Assembly (NCBI GenBank): GCA_902783165.1
Contig: CACZPU010000008.1
Coordinates: forward strand, 3,487-67,486
Source of the DNA: an uncultured Prevotellaceae bacterium
GTDB taxonomy: Bacteria; Bacteroidota; Bacteroidia; Bacteroidales; Bacteroidaceae
Length of the DNA: 64,000 nucleotides
Reading direction: 5' to 3'
Part shown: positions 38,959-47,221 of the stretch, one piece after another
Layout: every line of letters starts with the position of its first letter
Numbering within the stretch: position 1 is the first letter of the stretch
Notes under the pieces: generated by a model
Database searches by the model: none
Told to the model about the DNA's origin: nothing
The model's input: the letters and a program-made list of their open reading frames with translations, nothing else
Translations under genes and position numbers: made by a program

Positions 38959-39012
38959 TTTCATTTTAATCGATTTTTTGCATTACCTTTGCACAAAATT
39001 TTTTTATTAACG

Positions 39013-39936
39013 ATGAAAACGATTACTATTGAGAAGAAGAAATTGTGGAAAGAGCTACGCGACTATATACTGATAGGCATCGCCATGCTCTCTTATTGTA
39101 TCGGATGGTCCATTTTCTTGTTGCCTAACGGAATTACCACGGGCGGCGTGCCTGGTATATCTTCTATCCTGGAATGGAGCCCACTGCATATTCCCGCACA
39201 ATTGTCTTATTTCGTTATTAATGCCGGCCTTTTGCTGGTGGCATTGAAGATTCTAGGCTTGAAATTCTGTGTGAAAACCATTTATGGAGTGGTGGTGCTG
39301 ACCACCGCCTTGTCGTTGACGCGCGACTATACGGCCAATCTCCATTTGTTGGCAGACCAGCCTTTCATGGCCGCTGTATTAGGAGCCGTGTTCTGCGGTA
39401 GCGGTGTTGGTCTGGGACTGGGAGCCAACGGCTCTACTGGTGGTACGGATATCATTGCTGCCATCATCAACAAATATCGCGACATCTCGCTGGGGCGTGT
39501 CATCCTGATATGCGATGTCATCATCATCTCGAGCAGCTATTTTGTGCTGAAAGATTGGGAGAAGGTGATTTATGGCTATGTGGTGCTCTATGTGACGGCC
39601 TTTTGTATCGACCAAGTGGTCAATTCTATGCGCCGTAGTGTGCAATTCTTCATCATCTCGGAGAAATATCAGGACATTGCGCGTCGCATCAACGAGGACC
39701 CGCATCGTGGTTGTACGGTGATCAACGGTCAGGGATTCTATTCCGGACATGAGGTGAAAATGCTCTTCGTGCTGGCCAAGCAGACCGAAAGTGCCAAGAT
39801 ATTTGAGCTGATTGACGAGATTGACCCAGAGGCCTTTGTAAGCCAGAGTGCCGTGATTGGTGTTTATGGTCAGGGATTCGATCGTTTCAAGGTGAGCCAT
39901 AAGCACAAGCCATTGCCCAAGGCCGAGGAAATTTAG
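39013..39936 (+). CDS. YitT-family membrane protein (DUF161/DUF2179)
   Basis: ITTGGVPG, GSTGGTDIIA, RGCTVING and DPEAFV motifs. Confidence 0.88.
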   Translation: MKTITIEKKKLWKELRDYILIGIAMLSYCIGWSIFLLPNGITTGGVPGISSILEWSPLHIPAQLSYFVINAGLLLVALKILGLKFCVKTIYGVVVLTTALSLTRDYTANLHLLADQPFMAAVLGAVFCGSGVGLGLGANGSTGGTDIIAAIINKYRDISLGRVILICDVIIISSSYFVLKDWEKVIYGYVVLYVTAFCIDQVVNSMRRSVQFFIISEKYQDIARRINEDPHRGCTVINGQGFYSGHEVKMLFVLAKQTESAKIFELIDEIDPEAFVSQSAVIGVYGQGFDRFKVSHKHKPLPKAEEI

Positions 39937-39976
39937 TCTACAGATTCACACAATTAAAAGCTAAACATTGATTGAT

Positions 39977-41962
39977 ATGGAAGAAAAGAAAAACATTCAG
40001 CTCCCCGAAAATGCCTTTCGAGAGCTGAAAGAGGGTGAACAATACGAGCCCATCATGAAGCCAGGCAAACAATATGCTGAGGTGAACGGATGGTCGGTGA
40101 CATGGGGCGTGCTGATGGCTGTGCTCTTTTCAGCAGCAGCGGCCTATCTAGGGTTGAAGGTCGGCCAAGTGTTTGAGGCGGCCATTCCTATCGCCATCAT
40201 TGCCGTTGGTGTGTCGACAGCCGCCAAGCGCAAACAGGGATTGGGCGAGAATGTGATTATTCAGAGCATCGGAGCATGCTCGGGTTCGGTGGTTGCTGGA
40301 GCCATCTTCACATTGCCTGCCATCTATATCCTGCAGGCCAAATATCCTGAAATGTCGGCATCGTTCATCAATGTGTTCATGAGTTCGTTGCTCGGAGGAA
40401 TCCTCGGCATTCTTTTCATGATACCGTTCCGTAAGTATTTTGTGAGCGACATGCACGGGAAGTATCCTTTCCCGGAGGCAACAGCCACCACACAAGTGCT
40501 CGTTAGCGGTGAGAAAGGCGGAAGCCAGGCCAAGCCGCTGTTGCTCGCAGGAATAGTCGGCGGACTCTACGATTTCATTGTGGCTACCTTTGGATGGTGG
40601 AATGAGAATGTGACCACCCGCATGGTGGGCTTTGGGTGCGACTTGGCTGACAAGGCCAAGTTGGTGTTCAAGGTGAACACAGGCGCTGCAGTGTTGGGTC
40701 TTGGCTATATCATCGGATTGAAATATGCCTTCATCATCTGCCTGGGCTCGCTTGCTGTATGGTGGATTATCGTGCCTGGAATGGCATTGCTCTTCCCCGA
40801 CCACATATTGAACCTTTGGGATCCGAGCATCACCACGGCTGTGGGTGATATGTCGCCCGAGCAGATTTTCAAGGCTTATGGCAAGTCGATAGGCATTGGA
40901 GGCATCGCCATGGCCGGTATCATCGGTATCGTGAAGAGCTGGGGCATCATCAGAAGTGCCGTCAGCCTTGCCACGAAAGAGATGAAGGGCGGCAGTAGTG
41001 CCAGCAAGGACATGATACGTACACAGCGCGATATAGCTTTCAAAATTATCGCTATCGGCTCTGTTATTACTATCATTGTCACCTTCTTGTTCTTCTGGTT
41101 TGGCGTGATGGACAATATCTTGTTTGCCATTGTGGGCATTCTTCTGGTGACAGTCATCGCATTCCTGTTCACAACAGTTGCTGCAAATGCCATCGCCATT
41201 GTAGGAAGCAACCCCGTGAGCGGAATGACACTGATGACACTTATACTGGCATCGGTGGTGATGGTTGCCGTAGGTCTGAAAGGTCCTGGCGGAATGCTTG
41301 CCTCGTTGATTATGGGCGGCGTGGTGTGTACGGCTCTCTCGGTGGCAGGCTCGTTCATTACCGACTTGAAGATAGGCTACTGGTTGGGAACCACTCCCAA
41401 GAAACAGGAGCAATGGAAATTCCTGGGTGTACTTGTAAGTGCCGCTACCGTGGGTGGTGTGATGATATTGCTTAACAAGACCTACGATTTTGCCAGCGGC
41501 GAACTGGCTGCTCCTCAAGCCAATGCCATGGCTGCTGTGATAGAACCATTGATGAGTGGCGTGGGTGCTCCTTGGATATTGTATGGCATCGGTGCCGTGA
41601 TAGCTTTGGTGCTTACCTTCTTCAAGGTTCCTGCCCTGCCTTTTGCCCTTGGAATGTTTATTCCACTTGAGTTGAATATCCCGTTGTTGGTGGGTGGAGC
41701 CGTCAATTGGTACGTCACCTCACGCAAGAAAGACTCCGAGGATGTTCGTAAGGAGCGTGGCGAAAAGGGAACGCTTTTGGCTAGTGGATTCATTGCTGGA
41801 GGTGCCTTGATGGGTGTAGTGAGTGCCTTGTTGCGGTTTGCAGGTTTCAATGCTATCAACGAGAGTTGGCTTGCCAATCCGATGTCGCAGTTCTGCTCGC
41901 TCGTGGCCTACATTCTTCTGATTGCCTACTTTATCCGTGCTACGAAACCCGCCAGCAAGTAA
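39977..41962 (+). CDS. OPT-family oligopeptide transporter
   Basis: YLGLKVG, ENVIIQS, YPFPEATA, GSNPVSG, DLKIGYWLG and APQA motifs, with many TM segments. Confidence 0.92.
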   Translation: MEEKKNIQLPENAFRELKEGEQYEPIMKPGKQYAEVNGWSVTWGVLMAVLFSAAAAYLGLKVGQVFEAAIPIAIIAVGVSTAAKRKQGLGENVIIQSIGACSGSVVAGAIFTLPAIYILQAKYPEMSASFINVFMSSLLGGILGILFMIPFRKYFVSDMHGKYPFPEATATTQVLVSGEKGGSQAKPLLLAGIVGGLYDFIVATFGWWNENVTTRMVGFGCDLADKAKLVFKVNTGAAVLGLGYIIGLKYAFIICLGSLAVWWIIVPGMALLFPDHILNLWDPSITTAVGDMSPEQIFKAYGKSIGIGGIAMAGIIGIVKSWGIIRSAVSLATKEMKGGSSASKDMIRTQRDIAFKIIAIGSVITIIVTFLFFWFGVMDNILFAIVGILLVTVIAFLFTTVAANAIAIVGSNPVSGMTLMTLILASVVMVAVGLKGPGGMLASLIMGGVVCTALSVAGSFITDLKIGYWLGTTPKKQEQWKFLGVLVSAATVGGVMILLNKTYDFASGELAAPQANAMAAVIEPLMSGVGAPWILYGIGAVIALVLTFFKVPALPFALGMFIPLELNIPLLVGGAVNWYVTSRKKDSEDVRKERGEKGTLLASGFIAGGALMGVVSALLRFAGFNAINESWLANPMSQFCSLVAYILLIAYFIRATKPASK

Positions 41963-42062
41963 AGTGGTGATATCAATTATATGGAGGATTCAGAATCGTT
42001 CAGAATCCTCTAGAGATTCCGGAAAAACTATAGAGAAAAAACGAGAGTAATAAATACATAAA

Positions 42063-42114
42063 AAGCCGCAGGCAAACGATAAGGTTAAACACCTTTTCAA
42101 TTTGCTTGCGGCTT
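42063..42114. terminator. Bidirectional terminator-like hairpin
   Basis: AAGCCGCAGGCAAA / TTTGCTTGCGGCTT arms with an inner AAGGT/ACCTT helix, between convergent genes. Confidence 0.7.
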
Positions 42115-42241
42115 CTTTTTTTATTGATGTTTCTTGATGTCTCTGCTATTATTCGTTTGGGTTTTCTCTTATATGTTTATTCAGAATGTTTCTTTTTATC
42201 TAACTTCAGAGCATTTTGTTGTTCGTCTCTTAACGATTCTT

Positions 42242-43423
42242 TTATTGTTCTTTTTGAATGTTTCGCGTGTCGGTCTTCAATCCTAATAGGAATCGGTCGA
42301 TGAATGCTTGCACTTCGGGCCATTGGCTTTCTGGCAACTGGCAGTGACCGTGGCCTCCAACAATGCTCCAACCCATGCGGTCGCCAATGCCAAATCGTTC
42401 CCAAACCTTGTAAGCTTCTTTAGCAGATGCGAGCATGGCAGCATCGGAAAGCCACACATAGTCGGGGTTGCCAATAAGAAGGAGGGCGCGTGGGCATACC
42501 ATGGCACACAACTCGTGCTGGTCGTAAGGCAGCTGATAGACAGAGTCGCCGTGGAAATTCTCGCGTTGGCTCTCCAAGAACCAATGGTAGTCGGTCTTGT
42601 CAATGTCCTCCACCTTCTCTTTAGATTCATGCGACTTGCGCCATGCAGCCGCACCACCTCCACCAGGTTCTTGGGCAATGGTCAGTGCAATACGCTCATC
42701 GAAGGCACCGCAATACAGAGCCATCTTTCCAGCATATGAACAACCTGTTACCCCAATGCGACTCATGTCGATTTTGGTTCTCGTGGAACCCAATTGTTGC
42801 AATCCATCAATCAGTCGGCTTAATCCCCAAGCCCATTCGCTATAGGCTCCATTGTCTTTTAGGTGTGGGTAGAGTTGGTCGAATGGGTGCTCACCTCGTT
42901 CGTGGTGCTTTCGCCATTGCGAATAGTCATTCACTTGGAACTCGTGGAATGTCATGGTAGCTATAGGGCGATTGTCGAAGAGCTGCTTGGGCAGTGATAT
43001 CATGCTAGTGCCAATCATCAGTGCGTAGGGCGGCTTTCCCACTTTCGGGTAGCGTATGGTGGAGCGTAAGGTCAGTGTGTGTCCATTGACGGAAACGTTC
43101 ACCACCAGAGCTGTGTCGCCTTGCATACGCGCCACCACTTGTCCCGATTCCACGCTTGGTTTGGTTCCGATACCATAATGTTGTATCATGTGGCAGATAT
43201 CGCTTCGCCGCTTGGACCAATCATCGAAGCCATTCACTCCTTCAAGGGCGTTAGGCAGTTGGCGTATGACGGGTAGCTTAGTGGGGTGCGGCATGGCTGG
43301 CGGAGCAAAGCGCATCCCCGTGTTCTCCACGTTGTATACCAATGGAATATTCTTTTTCTGCGCACTTGCCATTGTGGCGGTGAGCAATGTGAGCACTATG
43401 CAAAGGATTCTAATCATATTCAA
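42242..43423 (-). CDS. Secreted CE15-family esterase with non-canonical GCSYAGK elbow
   Basis: Signal peptide ending ASA-Q with WAWGLSRLID, GCSYAGK, QEPGGGG, LPYDQHEL and GGHGHC motifs. Confidence 0.82.
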   Translation of the reverse strand: MNMIRILCIVLTLLTATMASAQKKNIPLVYNVENTGMRFAPPAMPHPTKLPVIRQLPNALEGVNGFDDWSKRRSDICHMIQHYGIGTKPSVESGQVVARMQGDTALVVNVSVNGHTLTLRSTIRYPKVGKPPYALMIGTSMISLPKQLFDNRPIATMTFHEFQVNDYSQWRKHHERGEHPFDQLYPHLKDNGAYSEWAWGLSRLIDGLQQLGSTRTKIDMSRIGVTGCSYAGKMALYCGAFDERIALTIAQEPGGGGAAAWRKSHESKEKVEDIDKTDYHWFLESQRENFHGDSVYQLPYDQHELCAMVCPRALLLIGNPDYVWLSDAAMLASAKEAYKVWERFGIGDRMGWSIVGGHGHCQLPESQWPEVQAFIDRFLLGLKTDTRNIQKEQ

Positions 43424-43433
43424 GTCTTATTTA

Positions 43434-43590
43434 TTACACTACTTTCTTGCTGCTGTGGATGCAGAAGCCTTTCTCTTTGGGCTCGTGAGGGAGAGGCACA
43501 CCTTGCAGATAGTATCATTAGATTTTTTTGTTGGTAACAACTTATTTCGCTCTCTCTCGTAAGATACATCTGTTTTGGTAGATGGTTTTT
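43434..43590 (-). pseudogene. Frameshifted remnant of a Prevotella-type C-terminal secretion (T9SS-like) tail
   Basis: 43514-43434 reads YYLQGVPLPHEPKEKGFCIHSSKKVV*. The upstream linker-like text (KPSTKTDVS...KSNDT) is in another frame and there is no start codon. Confidence 0.5.
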
Positions 43591-43624
43591 ACCTTTCATT
43601 AAAAGGCTGCACAACAGCCTTTTG

Positions 43625-43632
43625 CAAAGATA
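43625..43632 (-). promoter_or_regulatory. Bacteroidota -7 promoter box with adjoining hairpin
   Basis: TATCTTTG on minus, followed by the AAAAGGCTG/CAGCCTTTT hairpin at 43601-43623. Confidence 0.55.
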
Positions 43633-44019
43633 AATTGTTTTTTTGAAAATACCAAATGTTTATACCCTAAAAAAGACTTTTTCTGAAGTGCTTAGGCATT
43701 GTGCTTACACGTTATTACTTACACAACCCTACAAGCCCAGTTGTGGAAAGGAATACATCAAAGTTGGGGCGAAAAGAGAAGGGCGAATCAATGTGGATAA
43801 CAGTGAAACGACGGCTAACAACGCTACAAACATTTGGCATGACAGAGATGTAAATGGGCACAATTGTGTTGGCTGACGGAGCTTCTTACTTGTAAGTAGC
43901 GAAAAACGAAGGTGTTTTATGGGAATATTTCAATTATTATCACTAATTTTGCGACGTGGTTTGGCTTGCTGTTGTTGTACATAACAAACAACGGTACGCC
44001 GATAAACTCCTGAAGACTA

Positions 44020-45453
44020 ATGGAAAAAGATGTACAACAGGCTTCGGCCGAAACAAAGCGTGTGGCTGGATGTCTTATTGCAGCCACCAATTCTGGATGT
44101 GGGAAGACCACCATTACCATGGGATTGCTACGCTCCCTGAAAAGAAGACAACTGAATGTGCAGCCGTTCAAGTGCGGACCTGACTATATCGACACTCAGT
44201 ATCACCGCATCGCATCAGGATGCGAGAGCGTGAATCTCGACACATGGTTTGCATCCGAGCGCCATATTAAACAGGTGTTTGAGCACTATGGACAGCAGGC
44301 AGATGTGTGCGTGGTAGAAGGTGTGATGGGACTCTACGACGGCTATTGCCGATGGCATGGTAGCAGTGGTGAGATAGCGCACTTGCTCCATTTGCCTGTG
44401 GTATTGGTGGTGAATGCGCGCAGCATGGCATTTAGCGTGGCCCCCATCCTTTACGGCTACAAGCATTTTGCTATGAAGGGCGACAGTGGGCAGGATGCTC
44501 CGCTTGAATTGGCTGGCGTGATATTCAACCAAGTAGGTTCCGAACGCCACAAGCAATTGTTGCGCTCGGCATGCGACGAGGTGGGATTGAGGTGTTTGGG
44601 TATGATTCCGCGTGTGCCCGATATGCAGATTCCTTCACGTCATTTGGGGTTGACACTGGAGAACAAACAACTTATAGAGACGCTGGTAGAAAAGGCTGCA
44701 GCAGTTGTGGAGGAGTATGTGGATGTGGATGGGTTGTTGGAAATGATGAGAGATGGAATATACCAGAAGCCTAAAGAAACACCAATAAAACCACATCATA
44801 AAGGAGAATTACATAGTGGAATGCTCCCCATTGGTATTGAAAGCATTTTTCCTGTGGCGCATAAACGTGATGATAATTCCCAAGGAGGAATGTGTGCCCG
44901 TATCTTGGTGGCCCGCGATGAAGCATTCAATTTTGTCTATCGTGAGAACATAGATGTGTTGAGGCTGTGCGGAGAAGTGGTGTTTTTCTCTCCCTTGCAT
45001 GACCAAATGTTACCTCCAGCCACCGATTTCCTCTATCTGCCGGGCGGCTATCCTGAGTTTTTCCTTGAACAGCTTAGCGCCAATGAAGCAATGCGCAATA
45101 GCATCCGCGAGTATATAGAGCAGGGTGGCAGGTGCCTGGCTGAATGTGGCGGAATGATGTATCTGTGCCAGCATGTGGCGGGCGAGGACGGGAGGAAGTT
45201 TCCGATGGTGGGTGTACTCAACCAAGACGCAACCATGGTGGGCATGCACTTGCATTTGGGTTACCGCACGTTCAAGTTTGAAGGTCGCACCTGGCGTGGC
45301 CACGAGTTTCATTATTCTTCGGTGCCTAATCCCGACAACGCATGTACGTTGCCTATTGAGATAAGCGACGGGCATGGCAACATGGTGGATTCAAAGGTGT
45401 ATAAATGTAAAAATTTATTGGCAAGCTATATTCATCTCTATTGGGGAGAATGA
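44020..45453 (+). CDS. cbiA: Cobyrinate a,c-diamide synthase
   Basis: SGCGKTT, FKCGPDYID, EGVMGLYDG, SRHLGL, DEAFNFVY, GGYPE, ECGGMMYL and GHEFHYS motifs. The -7 box is at 43944-43951. Confidence 0.93.
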   Translation: MEKDVQQASAETKRVAGCLIAATNSGCGKTTITMGLLRSLKRRQLNVQPFKCGPDYIDTQYHRIASGCESVNLDTWFASERHIKQVFEHYGQQADVCVVEGVMGLYDGYCRWHGSSGEIAHLLHLPVVLVVNARSMAFSVAPILYGYKHFAMKGDSGQDAPLELAGVIFNQVGSERHKQLLRSACDEVGLRCLGMIPRVPDMQIPSRHLGLTLENKQLIETLVEKAAAVVEEYVDVDGLLEMMRDGIYQKPKETPIKPHHKGELHSGMLPIGIESIFPVAHKRDDNSQGGMCARILVARDEAFNFVYRENIDVLRLCGEVVFFSPLHDQMLPPATDFLYLPGGYPEFFLEQLSANEAMRNSIREYIEQGGRCLAECGGMMYLCQHVAGEDGRKFPMVGVLNQDATMVGMHLHLGYRTFKFEGRTWRGHEFHYSSVPNPDNACTLPIEISDGHGNMVDSKVYKCKNLLASYIHLYWGE

Positions 45454-45569
45454 TTTTCTCCAATCCTTGGGTTTCACACCTTTTTCTATTTATATTTTCG
45501 AGAAACGCCGCTTGCTGATTTAAGCAATAAAAAATCAGATAGTTGTTTGGTGGGCTCAAAAGTTTTCAT

Positions 45570-45577
45570 TACATTTG
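45570..45577 (+). promoter_or_regulatory. Bacteroidota -7 promoter box
   Basis: TACATTTG upstream of the polyferredoxin gene. Confidence 0.6.
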
Positions 45578-45620
45578 CAAGTGGAATTGGATATACTAAA
45601 ACATTATGCACTAATACATT

Positions 45621-47168
45621 ATGCTTAGAAAAGTAAGAATTCTGTTGGCTGCGATAGCTTTCACGGCCATCACTTTGTTGTTCCTGGATATCAGCGGCGC
45701 CTTGCACCAATGGTTGGGATGGCTGGCTACAATACAGTTCTTGCCTGCATTGCTGGCCATGAATGTGCTTGTAGTGGTGTTGCTGGTGGTGCTCACACTG
45801 GTTTTCGGCCGCATCTACTGCTCGGTGATTTGCCCGTTGGGAGTAATGCAGGACATTATCTCGTGGATTCATGGCAGACACAAGAAGAATCGCTTCGCTT
45901 TTTCGCCAGAGAAACGTTGGTGGCGCTATGGCACTTTGGGCGTTTTCGTGGTGGCTTTCATTGCCGGAGTCAACTCGCTGGTGGCCCTTCTGGCGCCCTA
46001 TAGCTCGTATGGACGAATAGCCAACAACTTGCTACGTCCTGTATATGAGGCAGGCAACAATGTGTTGGCGAGTATCGCAGAACACTATGACAGCTATGCC
46101 TTCTACCATACTGATGTCTGGGTGAAGAGCATTCCCACACTGATAGTGGCAATCGTCACGTTGGTGGTTATAGCTGTTCTGGCTTGGCGAGGAGGGCGTA
46201 CTTATTGCAATACGATATGTCCAGTGGGTACCATCCTCAGCTTCTTGGCCAGATTCTCATGGATGAAGATACATTTCGATGGGGACAAGTGCCGCCAGTG
46301 TTCTAAATGTTCGAAGAACTGCAAGGCTTCCTGTATCGATTATAAGACGCTGAAAGTAGACTATAGCCGTTGTGTGGTGTGCGGCAATTGTCTGGAGGAG
46401 TGCAAGTTCGGAGCACTGAAATACTCGCATGCGCGCCCAGTCATCCAAAAGCCTAAACAGGCAGATGCTCCTTTGCAAGAGCAAAACGATACGATTGACG
46501 ATGTTCAGGGGGCCGCATTTAAAGAGAATGTGACCGTTGATCAGAGCCGCCGTTCGTTTGTAATAGGTGCCGCATTGGCAACAACAGCAGCCGCATTGGC
46601 ACAGGAGCAAAAGAAAGTGGATGGAGGACTGGCGGTTATCGAGGACAGGGTGCCGCACGACAAGAGCACACCAGTGACGCCTCCGGGTTCTCTCTCTGCC
46701 AAGAATATGCAGCAGCATTGCACTGCATGCCAGTTGTGTGTGTCGGCTTGTCCCAACGAGGTGTTGCGCCCATCCACAGACCTGCTCACCTTTATGCAAC
46801 CAACGATGGGTTATGAGCGAGGATATTGCCGTGTGGAGTGCAACGATTGCGGACAAGTATGTCCCACAGGAGCTATCAAGCCCATCACACTCGAGGAGAA
46901 AAGCTCCATCCAAATAGGTCATGCCGTATGGGTGAAGAAGAATTGCATTCCTGTTGTCGAAGGAGTGGAGTGCGGCAATTGCGAGCGCCATTGTCCAGCG
47001 GGTGCCATTGAGATGGTTCCCCTCGATGAGAACGATGAAATGTCTGTGATGATACCTGCCGTGAACGAGGCCAAGTGTATCGGATGTGGAGCATGTGAGA
47101 ACCTTTGTCCAGCACGACCATTCAGTGCTATCTATGTGGAGGGACACGAGACTCACCGAATACTCTGA
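45621..47168 (+). CDS. Membrane polyferredoxin: NapH/MauN-like domain fused to NapG/MauM-like domain
   Basis: TM helices, two CxxxCP motifs (CSVICPLG, CNTICPVG), two cluster motifs, internal SRRSF plus a hydrophobic segment, then PPGS and four further cluster motifs. Confidence 0.85.
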   Translation: MLRKVRILLAAIAFTAITLLFLDISGALHQWLGWLATIQFLPALLAMNVLVVVLLVVLTLVFGRIYCSVICPLGVMQDIISWIHGRHKKNRFAFSPEKRWWRYGTLGVFVVAFIAGVNSLVALLAPYSSYGRIANNLLRPVYEAGNNVLASIAEHYDSYAFYHTDVWVKSIPTLIVAIVTLVVIAVLAWRGGRTYCNTICPVGTILSFLARFSWMKIHFDGDKCRQCSKCSKNCKASCIDYKTLKVDYSRCVVCGNCLEECKFGALKYSHARPVIQKPKQADAPLQEQNDTIDDVQGAAFKENVTVDQSRRSFVIGAALATTAAALAQEQKKVDGGLAVIEDRVPHDKSTPVTPPGSLSAKNMQQHCTACQLCVSACPNEVLRPSTDLLTFMQPTMGYERGYCRVECNDCGQVCPTGAIKPITLEEKSSIQIGHAVWVKKNCIPVVEGVECGNCERHCPAGAIEMVPLDENDEMSVMIPAVNEAKCIGCGACENLCPARPFSAIYVEGHETHRIL

Positions 47169-47221
47169 CCTCACCTTCAAAGACAAACCAATCACAATAT
47201 TAACCATTATATTTTAAAGAG

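Noticed and set aside
40148-41518. 456-aa antisense ORF, and similar long shadows (1434-2354, 4426-5331, 10991-11881, 46257-47207, 47273-48118, 57410-58375)
   Set aside because: They lie wholly opposite well-supported genes, have no motifs, and are expected from codon bias.
41983-42047. Weak 10-bp periodic (C/T)AGA repeats and a small dyad after the OPT gene
   Set aside because: Too short and degenerate to separate from chance, and they do not follow the TACA/TGTA rule.
43643-43876. 77-aa ORF between CE15 and cbiA
   Set aside because: TTG start, no recognisable motif or signal, and it overlaps the divergent promoter region. It could be decayed DNA but I cannot support a call.
43952-44019. 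Possible cobalamin riboswitch in the cbiA leader
   Set aside because: The leader is only about 65 nt with one weak hairpin and lacks the conserved GGGAA/GCCACTG core.
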